Assembly: GCA_044356375.1 (NCBI GenBank)
Contig: JBIKWK010000005.1
Coordinates: 27,820 to 91,819 of the forward strand
Reading direction: 5' to 3'
DNA length: 64,000 bases
Origin: Prochlorococcaceae cyanobacterium
Lineage (GTDB): Bacteria; Cyanobacteriota; Cyanobacteriia; PCC-6307; Cyanobiaceae
Of the stretch, positions 1 to 9,493 are shown in pieces (positions within the stretch are counted from its first letter, which is position 1; the number at the start of each line of letters is the position of its first letter). The position numbers and the translations under genes are program-made. The notes beneath the pieces were generated by a model. That model was not told where the DNA came from and did no database searches. It worked only from the letters and a program-made list of their open reading frames with translations.

Positions 1-498
1 GATCAGTAGCAGCAAAATGCGCAGCGACACCAGGGTGGAGTCGCGTCGCCGGCGAAAGCCGGCCACCACATTGGCCTCGGCAGCTGGATCCAGCTGGCGA
101 CGCATCTGATCCACCACGCCGAGCAAACTGCGGGGCAGCACCTCCGGTGTCCTGCTGATCGTCGGCAGGGGTTGGCGGTTGCTGTCGTAGCGAGATAACA
201 CCGCCTCAATCAGCTGCACTTGGCGCAGTTCCTGGCCCGTCAGCTCGGCCCGGTGGGGTTCGACGTTATCGAGGGCCTGGCGACAGACATTGAGGGCAGT
301 GCGGAACCGCCGCAGCAGTCGGGCCTGGGCTGAGCGGGGGATGCTCAACTCAAGCTCGGGCCTCACCGGCCGGTCGTTGTAGTGCTCCAGCTCAATGCTC
401 TGAATCACCAGGGCGGATTCGTAGCCGCGCTCAATGTCATTGGAGACATCCAGCGATTGGGCTCGACCGAAGGCAGCCAACCAATTGCTCAATGCCAT
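1..498 (-). CDS. pxcA: PxcA/CemA-family proton-extrusion protein, N-terminal 166 codons (gene continues past the left edge)
   Basis: Not in the ORF track because there is no in-window stop. My own translation from the ATG at 498 reads MALSNWLAAFGRAQSLDVSNDIERGYESALVIQSIELEHYNDRPV...NVVAGFRRRRDSTLVSLRILLLLI. Third codon positions are G/C-rich. The FRRxRxxTLxSLRxLLLLI segment resembles cyanobacterial PxcA N-termini as I remember them. Confidence 0.6.
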   Translation of the reverse strand, partial: MALSNWLAAFGRAQSLDVSNDIERGYESALVIQSIELEHYNDRPVRPELELSIPRSAQARLLRRFRTALNVCRQALDNVEPHRAELTGQELRQVQLIEAVLSRYDSNRQPLPTISRTPEVLPRSLLGVVDQMRRQLDPAAEANVVAGFRRRRDSTLVSLRILLLLI

Positions 499-504
499 AG
501 CAAA

Positions 505-1191
505 TCAGCGCGAAAAGATCCACCAGGTGAGCATTGGCACAATTGTGCCTACAGCCAGTAGCACCAGCACCCAGGTGCGGGCATTGCTGGACTGGGTCTG
601 TTCATGGGTCGGCACCGTGGTAGGCAATTGCACCAACTCTGCCGTCGCCGGTTCGCCGGGATCCTCCCCTCCCTGCAGCACTATCTGCAGCCGGCCAATC
701 GCATCCAGGCTGGATTGGCGATAGCGGGCCCCTTGGCGCAGGGGTTGGCCCATGGTCGTGCGCACAGTGCTGCGCAGCAACGGGGCTGCGAGCGTGTCCG
801 CCAGGGGAGCTGAGGCCACTATCTCCGCCGTCTTGGTCTGCAGGTCGTAGAGAAACAGCAATTGTCTGGGATTGGCACCGCCCTCAGCCCAGCGATCCAG
901 CAGTTGGTTGCCCAGTTGGCCCAGGGTGAGTCCGTAATCGAGCCGCTCCACGGTCAACAGGTGGGCATCCACGTCGTCATTGCTGAGCGACTCCAGGGCA
1001 TGCTCCACATCGGCCGCCGCCGCCCGACTGAACAGGCCCGTTGGATCCAGCAGGCGTTCGCTTGGCGGCGCCGCGGGATAGTCCCGGGCGGCCAAAGCCC
1101 ATGCCGGCATGGCAGTTGCCAGCAGCAGCCCGATCGCCAGGGCCAGTAACAACAGCCTGGGGGGCTGGTGCCCCCTTGCTGGCAGCGCCAT
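505..1191 (-). CDS. TPM-domain protein, Psb32/TLP18.3-like
   Basis: ORF 505..1245. The Met at 1191 begins a signal-like MALPARGHQPPRLLLLALAIGLLLATAMPAWALA. The body (LLDPTGLFS, HLLTVERLD, LLFLYDLQTKTAEIVAS, GGEDPGEP) and the C-terminal TM helix fit the TPM/TLP18.3 layout. Confidence 0.75.
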   Translation of the reverse strand: MALPARGHQPPRLLLLALAIGLLLATAMPAWALAARDYPAAPPSERLLDPTGLFSRAAAADVEHALESLSNDDVDAHLLTVERLDYGLTLGQLGNQLLDRWAEGGANPRQLLFLYDLQTKTAEIVASAPLADTLAAPLLRSTVRTTMGQPLRQGARYRQSSLDAIGRLQIVLQGGEDPGEPATAELVQLPTTVPTHEQTQSSNARTWVLVLLAVGTIVPMLTWWIFSR

Positions 1192-1305
1192 TTTTGCCGG
1201 CAAAACCCCGGCCTCAGCCACTGGTTCACAGACAGCGGAAATCAACGGCCCAACCCTCAGGTGGATCTAGTTTGCCGCCTTAACGCGGCCCTGTCGCCTG
1301 TGGAT

Positions 1306-1938
1306 ATGCCTTGGCCAGCTCGGCTGGCACTGGGGGTGGGCATTGGCGCCCTGCTGCTGGTGGTGGTCAATCAGTTCACGGCCCCCCAGTTGGAGCCGCC
1401 CCTGGAGAGGGCCAGTGTGCTGGCCGGCTTTCTGGCGGTGGCGCTGATGCTGGTGGCGGCCCTCTGGACCAGGGCGGTGCCAGAGGCCGCTGCCCGGGTG
1501 GCACTAGAGGGTCGCGAGGGCCTGGAGTTGCGGCCTCACCTGCCCGCCGAGTTGGCGGAAGAGCTGGGCTGGGGCAGTCAGTTGCTGCTCACCGCCACCG
1601 CCGCCGCCAGCCTGGTGGTGATCTGGCACGACCAGCAGCTGCTGCGCCGCGGTCTGATGGGGGAGGGCCCTTTTGTGCCCGGCCCCCTCTGCCAGCGGGC
1701 CAGGGCCAGTGGCAAGACCATCTCCCTGGTGGACTTGAATCTCTATCCGGGGAGGACCGAGTTTGATGGCTTGTTGCCGGGCCTGCCGGCGGCGGTGGTG
1801 CACCCCTTGGGCCAGGAGGGGTGGCTGGTGGTGGGGGGCTGGTCAGCCCGCTGCTTCAGCCGCAGTGATCTGCTCTGGCTGGAGGGCTGGGCCCAGAGGC
1901 TCAGAGCTCGATTGCTGGCTTGGGAGCCTGCCGCTTAG
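1306..1938 (+). CDS. Conserved membrane protein (N-terminal TM helices plus soluble domain; possibly DUF2930/CCB2-CCB4-like)
   Basis: ORF 1168..1938. The ATG at 1306 gives MPWPARLALGVGIGALLLVVVNQF. Codon third positions look coding-like. The family name is from memory only. Confidence 0.55.
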   Translation: MPWPARLALGVGIGALLLVVVNQFTAPQLEPPLERASVLAGFLAVALMLVAALWTRAVPEAAARVALEGREGLELRPHLPAELAEELGWGSQLLLTATAAASLVVIWHDQQLLRRGLMGEGPFVPGPLCQRARASGKTISLVDLNLYPGRTEFDGLLPGLPAAVVHPLGQEGWLVVGGWSARCFSRSDLLWLEGWAQRLRARLLAWEPAA

Positions 1939-3118
1939 CCGGCTTGGCGCCGGAGGGGGGGAGCTGCAGCTGGGTGTGCACCCTGCTTGCCGGACTGGTG
2001 AACACCGCCAAGCCATCGGCGCCCAGCTGACCATTTAGCTGCTCAGCCCTGGTGAGTTGGTTATTGGCCTGCCGGCGCAGGCTCACCTGGCCGCTGGCCT
2101 CGATCGCCTGGGTGGTCCAGTTCCACTGACAGCGCTGGGATCGCAGCTGTTCGCCGGGTTGGTCTAGCTCACAGCCCCTGTCGATCACCGCCAGGGTCTG
2201 CTCGTTGCGCAGCTCAAAACCCTCTCCGGCCAGCTGCAATTGGTCCACCCGGCCCCGGAAGGGACGGCTGGAGTGCACCAGCTGTCGCCGCAGGTCAATC
2301 TCGGTTTCGCCAGCCAGCAGGATTGCCTTGTGCTGGGGGTCACCGAAGCGCACCGGGGCCTGCAACACCAGTTGCTGACTCACGGTATTGCCTTGTAACA
2401 AGGGCGAGGTGAGGGTCTGGGGCGGTTGGCCGGCCGCCAGCTGCCGCTGGGCGCGCACGGGACCCGGGGCCCGCAGTTGGCCGCTGTTCAGCCACCAGTC
2501 GGCCTCGGCCACCCGCAGTTCCAGGGGAGCCGATTGGGGTTTTTGGGGTCCGGGACGCCGCAGCAGCAGGGGATTGCCCCGCAATTCGAGTTTGTCTCGA
2601 TCGAGCAGGATCACGGCCCGATCGGCATTGAGCTCCAGCTCCGCCTGGCTGGCCCGGGGCCGCAGGTCGAGTTCAATGCGCTGTTGGCGCGGGTACCAGC
2701 GCAGGCGCCGGGTTTCCACCCGCAGGGGCTGGGGGCCAAGACGAGCCAGGCTGGCTCTCCCCTCGAGCTGGATCAGCTCCCCGTCATTGAGCACGATGCC
2801 ACTGGTGGCCGTGAGTCGATACAGGGGTTTGCCGGCCGCATAGATGGTGCCCTTGATATCTCGGGCCTGGGCGACACGGCGGCTGCTGTCATAGCGGGCT
2901 TCCGGGCTGGTGATCTGCCAGGCCGGCCGGCCCTGGCCATCCTGCTGGCGCAGATTCATCGCCTTGAACACGAAGGGCTGCACGGCCTCCTCCGGCTCCG
3001 GCCTGCCGCTGCAACCACCTAGGGCGGCGCCCATGGCCCCCAGGGCGATCGCCGCCCATAGGAGGCCCGCCCTTGCCGGCCCCAGCCGGGCGGTCCGGGG
3101 GCGCCTAGAGGGGACCAT
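1901..3118 (-). CDS. lptC: LptC/OstA-like periplasmic LPS-export lipoprotein (long cyanobacterial form)
   Basis: 405-aa ORF with a hydrophobic N-terminus ending in the lipobox-like ALGGC. It contains repeated beta-rich OstA-like segments. It overlaps the metG stop by 14 nt. Confidence 0.55.
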   Translation of the reverse strand: MVPSRRPRTARLGPARAGLLWAAIALGAMGAALGGCSGRPEPEEAVQPFVFKAMNLRQQDGQGRPAWQITSPEARYDSSRRVAQARDIKGTIYAAGKPLYRLTATSGIVLNDGELIQLEGRASLARLGPQPLRVETRRLRWYPRQQRIELDLRPRASQAELELNADRAVILLDRDKLELRGNPLLLRRPGPQKPQSAPLELRVAEADWWLNSGQLRAPGPVRAQRQLAAGQPPQTLTSPLLQGNTVSQQLVLQAPVRFGDPQHKAILLAGETEIDLRRQLVHSSRPFRGRVDQLQLAGEGFELRNEQTLAVIDRGCELDQPGEQLRSQRCQWNWTTQAIEASGQVSLRRQANNQLTRAEQLNGQLGADGLAVFTSPASRVHTQLQLPPSGAKPAKRQAPKPAIEL

Positions 3119-4646
3119 CGAGCTCCAGCCTGGCCATCACCGGCTGGGGTTCTGGCAGAGCCAGACCCGATGGCAACAGCCCCCAGGCCAGGGAGCCAGG
3201 CCAGGCAGGTTCGCCGCACTGGGCCAGCTGGGCCAGCATGCGGGCGGACAGCTCGGGCACCAGCGGCGCCAGCAACACCGCCACTTGCCTTGTGGCCTCC
3301 AGCACCGCATAGAGATCGGCGGCCACCTGGGCTTGTTGGCCTTCCTGCTTGATCAGTTTCCAGGGGGCCTGGTCGTTGAGAAAACCGTTGGCCGCGATCG
3401 CCAGTTGCAGGGCAGCCTCGGCGGCGGCCCGCAAATCCAGCCGCTCCCAGGCCAGTTCCGACTGCTGCTTTGCCAGCAGCGCAGCCGCCGCCAGGGGGTG
3501 GGAGCTGGCAGCGGCCCCGCCGGCAGGCGGCACGGCATCGGCGAACCAGCGCCGGGCCATCGAACTGGTGCGGTTGAGCAGGTTGCCAATCGTATTGGCC
3601 AGGTCGTTGTTGACCAGGTCGGTGAAGCGCTGCTGTTGGAAGTCGCCGTCGTCCCCGAAGGGAATATCCCGCAGCAGGTACCAACGCACCGCATCTCGGC
3701 CGCATTTATCCAGCAGCTGCTGGGGGTCGAGCACATTGCCGATGGACTTGCCCATCTTTTGGCCCTCGCGGGTCAAAAAGCCATGGCCAAAAACCCGCTT
3801 GGGCAGGGGGAGGCCGGCGGAGAGCAGCATCGCCGGCCAGTAGACGGCATGGAAACGCAGGATGTCCTTGCCAATCACGTGCAAACTGGCGGGCCAGCCG
3901 CGTTGGGTCACCAGTTGCAGATCCGGTTCATCGCCTGGCTCGAGCAGGGCGGTGAGATAGCCAAGCAGGGCGTCAAACCACACATAAAAAGTATGGCCGC
4001 CATGGCCTGGCACCCCAATCCCCCAGGGTAAGTTCACCCGGGAAATGGAAAAGTCCCGCAGGCCCTGGGCCACAAAGTTCTCCACCTCGCGACGACGATT
4101 CTGGGGTTGGATGAATCCTTCTTGGCGAATAAGTTGCTCAATTTGTTGCTGATAGCGCGATAATCTGAAAAATAAATTCAGCTCATCGCGCCACTCCAAA
4201 GGGCGGCGATGCAGGGGGCATTCGGGATCCTGGGCCTCGTGGGGATCGTCCTTGAATTCCTCGCAGGCCACGCAGTACCAGCCCTGCTGCCTGCCTTCGA
4301 TCACATCTCCGTTCGCTTCCACCCGGGCAAAAAACTGTTCGACAATGCTGCGATGGCGGGGATCGGTGGTGCGAATGAAGCGGTCGTTGCTGATCTGCCA
4401 GCGCTGCCACAGCTGGCGATAGCCCTCACTCACCTCATCGCAATGGGCCTGGGGGGAGAGGCCGGCGGCCTCCGCGGTGCGTTGAATTTTTTGACCATGC
4501 TCGTCGCAGCCGGTGATGAACAGCACGGATTCACCGCACAACCGCCGCTGCCTGGCAATCGCATCACAGACCAGCGTGGTGTAAGCGCTGCCGAGATGGG
4601 CGCGATCGTTGACGTAATAGAGGGGCGTGGTGAGGGTGTAAACCAT
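3105..4646 (-). CDS. metG: Methionine--tRNA ligase
   Basis: MVYTLTTPLYYVNDRAHLGSAYTT (HIGH-type motif), zinc-knuckle CVACEEF...ECPLH, and KMGKSIGN (KMSKS motif). I chose the start at the ATG at 4646. The upstream part of ORF 3105..4832 lies over degenerate repeats. Confidence 0.93.
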   Translation of the reverse strand: MVYTLTTPLYYVNDRAHLGSAYTTLVCDAIARQRRLCGESVLFITGCDEHGQKIQRTAEAAGLSPQAHCDEVSEGYRQLWQRWQISNDRFIRTTDPRHRSIVEQFFARVEANGDVIEGRQQGWYCVACEEFKDDPHEAQDPECPLHRRPLEWRDELNLFFRLSRYQQQIEQLIRQEGFIQPQNRRREVENFVAQGLRDFSISRVNLPWGIGVPGHGGHTFYVWFDALLGYLTALLEPGDEPDLQLVTQRGWPASLHVIGKDILRFHAVYWPAMLLSAGLPLPKRVFGHGFLTREGQKMGKSIGNVLDPQQLLDKCGRDAVRWYLLRDIPFGDDGDFQQQRFTDLVNNDLANTIGNLLNRTSSMARRWFADAVPPAGGAAASSHPLAAAALLAKQQSELAWERLDLRAAAEAALQLAIAANGFLNDQAPWKLIKQEGQQAQVAADLYAVLEATRQVAVLLAPLVPELSARMLAQLAQCGEPAWPGSLAWGLLPSGLALPEPQPVMARLELDGPL

Positions 4647-4675
4647 CCGGCCTAGGCCACGGCAAATGTGGTTGG

Positions 4676-4877
4676 GAGGCCAGTGGGATGGCCAGGTTGA
4701 TGGGCCACTGGGCTGGCCCGGGTGATGGCCACTGGAATGGCCCAGGTGATGGACAGCTTGATGCACAGCTGGGCTGAGGCGGCTCCTGGCGAGTTCTCCA
4801 GAGCCATAGCCGAGCTGGCCGCATCTGCTCACGGAGTTCTCCGGGCTGAACCGGGAAACCGGAGTTCTCCTGGCTGA
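4676..4877. repeat. Degenerate ~24-bp tandem repeat (GCCACTGG-NNTGGCCCRGGTGATGG, about 3 copies, 4676-4752) plus the word GAGTTCTCC three times (4791, 4834, 4862)
   Basis: Read directly in the divergent metG / FAD-oxidoreductase spacer. GGAGTTCTCCGGGCTGA (4833) and GGAGTTCTCCTGGCTGA (4861) are 17-mers with one mismatch, 28 nt apart. Confidence 0.7.
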
Positions 4878-4990
4878 GCACTCCAGTGAGGCTTTTTCTG
4901 GCGCCCTGCGCCGCCAAAGCGAGCGCTGCCATGGGCGGATCTTAGCGATCCAGGAGATTCCAGCCTGTTACCTTCCAGCTTGCCTATCCC

Positions 4991-6850
4991 TTGCCCCAGG
5001 CCTCCTCCGCAGTGATTCAGGTGCCCGTGCTGGTGTGGGGCGGCGGCATCGGCGGCCTCTGTGCCGCCGTCCAGTGTGCCCGCAGGGGGGTTCGCACTCT
5101 GTTGCTCACCCCGGGCGGCTGGCTGGGGGGCATGGTTAGTGCCGCAGGGGTCTGCGCCCCGGATGGCAACGAACTGAGCCCCTGGCAGAGCGGCATGTGG
5201 GGTGCCTTCCTGCGAGCTCTGGAGGCCAGAGAGCCCCAGGGCTTGGACCACAACTGGGTGAGCTGCTTTGGCTACCGCCCCGCCAGCGCCGAAAGAGTTT
5301 TGCGCCAATGGCTGGAGGCGCTACCGCTATTGAGCTGGTGGCCTGGTTGCAGCCTGCGGGCCCTGGAGAGAAGCGCCGATCGGATCACCGCGCTGGTGAT
5401 CGAAAGGGCCGGTGAGACGCAACGGCTGGAGCCCCAGCTGGTGATCGATGGCAGTGATCGCGGCGATTTGCTCGCCCATGGCATCCAGCATCGCCTGGGC
5501 TGGGAAGCCCGGGAGCAATGGCGGGAACCCAGTGCTCCGCCCGAGGCGGAGCTGCTGAGCAAACCTTTTTTTGACCAGCAGCCGCTGCAATCGCCCACCT
5601 GGGTGGCGATCGGCCAGCTCACGGCGGAGCGGCCCACCTTCCACCAGGGCCAGGGCCAGCCCATAGGTCAGGCTGCTGGCGAACTACCGGAGCCGTTCCG
5701 CCTGGCCAGCGAGCGGTTTGGGCTGGAGCGAACGCTCACCTATGGCCGCCTGCCTGGCGGCCTGGTGATGCTCAATTGGCCCCTGCATGGCAACGACTGG
5801 CACTGGGGCTTGGAGCGGGGCTTCGGCCCAGATCCCCTGGCGGCCGCCGAGCTCGATCGCCAGATGCAGGAGCACTCCCTGTCCTTCGCCGATGCCCTGG
5901 CAGAGGCCAGTGGCGGTTGGTTGCGCCGGGCCGCCGTGTTTCCCGATCCCCTCGAGCGAGAGCTGGCCGCCCAGCAGGGCCAACCGCTGCCCCTGGGCGG
6001 CAGTTCGCCCCTGGCCCTGATGCCCTACTGGCGCGAGGGGCGTCGGCTGGTGGGACTGAGCACGGTGGTGGAGGCGGATTTGCTGCCCATGGGCGCCGGA
6101 GCCTCTATCGCCCCAGCCCCCCTGCGTTCGGGCTTGAATGACGCCATCGCCGTGGGCAATTACGCCAACGACCACCACTATCCAGGCCCGGACTGGCCTC
6201 TGGCTCCCAAGAGTTGCCGCTGGGGGGGGCGTTGGACCGGCACCCCCTTCTGCATTCCCTACGGCGCCCTGGTGAGTACCGACTGCTGCAACCTGTTGGC
6301 GGCCGACAAGTCGATCGCCACCAGTCACATCGCCAATGGGGCCACGCGATTGCAACCGCTGGTGATGAATGTGGGCCAAGCGGCGGGCCTGGCGGCGGCG
6401 CTCTGCCTGCAGCTGGGGTGTGGGCCAGCCGAGTTGCCCGTAGGCCAGCTGCAGCGGGCCCTGGTGCTCGATCCGATCGCCCCGGCGGGTCCCATGCCCC
6501 TCTGGGACACCCCATGGCACCACCCCCACTGGCGACAACGCCAGCTCATGGCCCTGGCGGATGCCTCCCTGGTGAATGGCCAGGGACAGCTGGCCGGCGG
6601 CGCAGCGGCCGATCCCACCGCCGCGCCGGCCGCTCGGGGCGAACGCCTGTTTCGGGGCACGCTGCTGCAGGGACCCCAGGGGGGTTGGCTGCTGGAGGGA
6701 AGCGATGGCAGCTGGCCGCTAATCACCCTCGAGCCGGGTTTGGAGGGCTGGATCCAGGCCCAATCGCTGCCCCGAACTGTTGCCTTGATCGGCTGCCTGA
6801 ATCCATGGGGGCCCTGGATTCGCGCCAGCCGGCTACTGGAGCCCAGCTAG
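4991..6850 (+). CDS. FAD-dependent oxidoreductase (FAD_oxidored-type, about 600 aa)
   Basis: N-terminal dinucleotide-binding motif VLVWGGGIGGLCAAVQCARRG. Long coding-like ORF. The start is ambiguous: TTG at 4991 or GTG at 5012. Confidence 0.75.
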   Translation: MPQASSAVIQVPVLVWGGGIGGLCAAVQCARRGVRTLLLTPGGWLGGMVSAAGVCAPDGNELSPWQSGMWGAFLRALEAREPQGLDHNWVSCFGYRPASAERVLRQWLEALPLLSWWPGCSLRALERSADRITALVIERAGETQRLEPQLVIDGSDRGDLLAHGIQHRLGWEAREQWREPSAPPEAELLSKPFFDQQPLQSPTWVAIGQLTAERPTFHQGQGQPIGQAAGELPEPFRLASERFGLERTLTYGRLPGGLVMLNWPLHGNDWHWGLERGFGPDPLAAAELDRQMQEHSLSFADALAEASGGWLRRAAVFPDPLERELAAQQGQPLPLGGSSPLALMPYWREGRRLVGLSTVVEADLLPMGAGASIAPAPLRSGLNDAIAVGNYANDHHYPGPDWPLAPKSCRWGGRWTGTPFCIPYGALVSTDCCNLLAADKSIATSHIANGATRLQPLVMNVGQAAGLAAALCLQLGCGPAELPVGQLQRALVLDPIAPAGPMPLWDTPWHHPHWRQRQLMALADASLVNGQGQLAGGAAADPTAAPAARGERLFRGTLLQGPQGGWLLEGSDGSWPLITLEPGLEGWIQAQSLPRTVALIGCLNPWGPWIRASRLLEPS

Positions 6851-8949
6851 CCGCTCGCACGCATCCGTAGCTGGTCGCGCAGCGGATCCACCAGCTGCAC
6901 CCGCAGCAGCAGTTCATCGCCGGGGCCACTGCCGCTGGGGCAATCGGCCGCCAGGTCCATGGCCAGCTCGGGGGCATGCACCAGACCCAGGCCGTCCTGG
7001 GGCCGCAACCAGCGCAGAAATTGCCCCTGCCACTGCTCGCCGCGATGGCGCTCGAACCACACCTGTTGCCAGTGGCGTTGGTCTTCTCGGCTGATTTGAA
7101 CCACCTGCCTCTGGGGGCTTTCCAGCTCCTGCAGCAATTGCTGCATCTGGTCGGCATCGAGGGGAATGCCGCCATAGAGCAGAGCGGCCAGTTGGCGCTG
7201 CACCAGCAGGTCGCCGTAGCGCCGAATCGGCGAGGTGGCCTGCACGTAGCTATCGAGGGCCAGGCTGAAGTGGGGGCTGGGGCTGGTGCCGCTATAGCCC
7301 CTGCTGAGACAACGGCGGATGGCGGCGTGGCGAACGGGGCCCTCCGGCAAGGCCGCCAGCTCTGCGGCCGGCGGCAGTTCCGCCGGCAACTGGGAGCGAT
7401 AGGGCAGGGCCAGGCCCTGGGCCTGGCCGAGCTCAGCCACCACCGCACCGGCCAGGATCATGGCCTCGGCCACCATCAAGCGCGACGGGCTCGGCTCGGT
7501 GATCTCCAGGGTGGGTTCGCCAGCTACTTCGCGGATGCGCCCCTCTGGCTGGTCGAATTGCAGCGCCCCCCTGGCCAGGCGCCACTTGCGGCGGCTGAGC
7601 AGCAGCTGGTGGATTTGGCTGATCTGGCGCTCCTCAGGCGGGGCCAGGTCGATCAGTTCATCGGCGTCGTCGTAGGAGAGCCGGTAGGCGGGCTTTACCC
7701 AACTGCGCAGCACGCCACTGGCGGCAATTGCCCCATCGGCGGCCAATTCCACCCAGATGCTCCAGGCGGGGCAGCGCTGCCCCGCCACCAGGCTGAAGAT
7801 CCCGGTGGCCAGTTCCAGAGGAAACATCGGCAGGCTGCCGCGGCTCAAGTAGAGGCTGGAAGCCCGTCGTCGCGCCTCCAGATCGAGGGGATCGCCAGGG
7901 GCCACCAGTCGGCCTGGATCGGCCACATGAATCCACAGGCGCAACGGCCCCTCGTCTGGCTGCTCCAGGGCCAGACCATCGTCGATGTCGCGGGTATCGA
8001 CATCGTCGATCGTAACCACGTGTTGGTGGCTGAGATCTCTGCGCAGCTCATCGCCAGGCTGGGGCTGGTCATGGGCCGCCAGCAGCCTTTGGCATTCCGC
8101 CTCCAACTCGGCACTGAAGCCCAGCTCCCAGCGGGTGTCTCGCAAAGAGGGCAGGCAATGCAGGTCCCACAGGCCCAGATCCACCAACAAATGGCGAATC
8201 GCCCCGGTATCGGCGGCGCAGCCAGCCACCTGTAAACCGCGACGCAACTCAGCTGGCAGGGGCTGCTCGGCATCGCCCGAAGCCCAAACCAACAGCAGAT
8301 CTATCTCTTGGCGCTGGGCTGGGCTGAGCAGTTCGAGGTTCAGCGGCTGGCGCTGTTTCAGTTGTTCGTGCCAGAGGCGCTGGTGTTCCAACACCAGCCG
8401 CTGGCGCCGTTGCTCCAGGCGCAGCCGCCGCAGTTCTGGCAGTGGTCGCGCAGACACCTGCTGCTGGCGCCAGCGAAACAGCAGCTGGTCGCCCTGCAGC
8501 CACAGCCAGGCGGCTGCCAGCTGTACGGGTTGGGGCTGGGAGAGCTGCAGGCCCAGCCAATCGTCCAGCGACAGGGTGGTGTCGTCTTCCGCTAATAAAA
8601 GCCAGGCGGCCGCCAAATCCGCCCGGGGCGGCGTGGCGGCTTGCAGCTGCTCCACCGTGAACTTCCAGGGAGCCAGCCCCGGGGCTTCCGGTGGAGAGCT
8701 GCCATCGGGCAGCCGGGCGATCAGCTCCACTTGCCTGAGCGGCAGGGAGAGCGGTCGCGGCCGGCTGGCGCCGCTCTGCCAACCCGGCAACAGCTGCGCT
8801 TTGGAGCCCTGCAGGGAGACCAGCAGGGCTAACTGATGACCCCTGTCGGTGACGATGCCGACCAGATCACCGGGATGGAAGGAGGCCGCGGCCAGGGGAA
8901 CCTCAGCCTTCGGGATTAACGAAGGGCAGCAGTGCCACGATCCGGGCAC
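6847..8949 (-). CDS. rnb: Ribonuclease II/R family exoribonuclease
   Basis: RNB catalytic motif [19 protein letters not shown], 700-aa ORF with an S1-like C-terminus. The ATG at 8949 overlaps the 3' end of rpsR, so the start is uncertain. Confidence 0.85.
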
Positions 8950-9124
8950 GCTTTACAGCGTTGGTGAGATCCCTTTGCTGCTTGGCGGTAAGGCCGGTGA
9001 GGCGGCGGGGAAGAATCTTGCCCCGCTCAGTGATGAACTTCTTGAGCAGATCGACATCCTTGTAGTCGATCGGATCTCCGGGTTTGATCGGAGACAGACG
9101 CTTTTTGAAAAAAGAACTGGACAT
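8903..9124 (-). CDS. rpsR: 30S ribosomal protein S18
   Basis: [68 protein letters not shown]. Confidence 0.95.
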
Positions 9125-9185
9125 GGGAACGGTGGAGAAAAGAAAAATTGCCTACGAGCCGAGCCGATCGATCAGGAGCGGAAGC

Positions 9186-9380
9186 TCACTTGATTTCCTT
9201 GTGAACGGTCGACTTGTTGCAGTGGGGGCAGAACTTCTTCAGCTCCAGCCGTTCGGTGGTGTTGCGGCGGTTCTTCTCGGTGGTGTAGCGGGACACACCT
9301 GGAGACCGCTTGGCGGGGTTGGACCGGCATTCGGTGCACTCGAGAGTGATAACGAGCCGGACGCCCTTGTTTTTAGCCAT
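9186..9380 (-). CDS. rpmG: 50S ribosomal protein L33
   Basis: [64 protein letters not shown], with the internal ATG at 9380 of ORF 9186..9458. Confidence 0.95.
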   Translation of the reverse strand: MAKNKGVRLVITLECTECRSNPAKRSPGVSRYTTEKNRRNTTERLELKKFCPHCNKSTVHKEIK

Positions 9381-9493
9381 GAAGGACGTTGCGCCGCTTG
9401 AGCGATGCGAAGTGACAACGAACCACCCTACCTGCCAGGGGTTACCCACCCCCATCACTGCCTAGGATCATCGATGAATGATTCCAAGGACTG

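Noticed and set aside
3-209. A 68-aa minus-strand ORF at the left edge
   Set aside because: It is Cys/Trp/Arg-rich nonsense. A different minus frame gives a clean PxcA-like N-terminus from the ATG at 498 running off the window.
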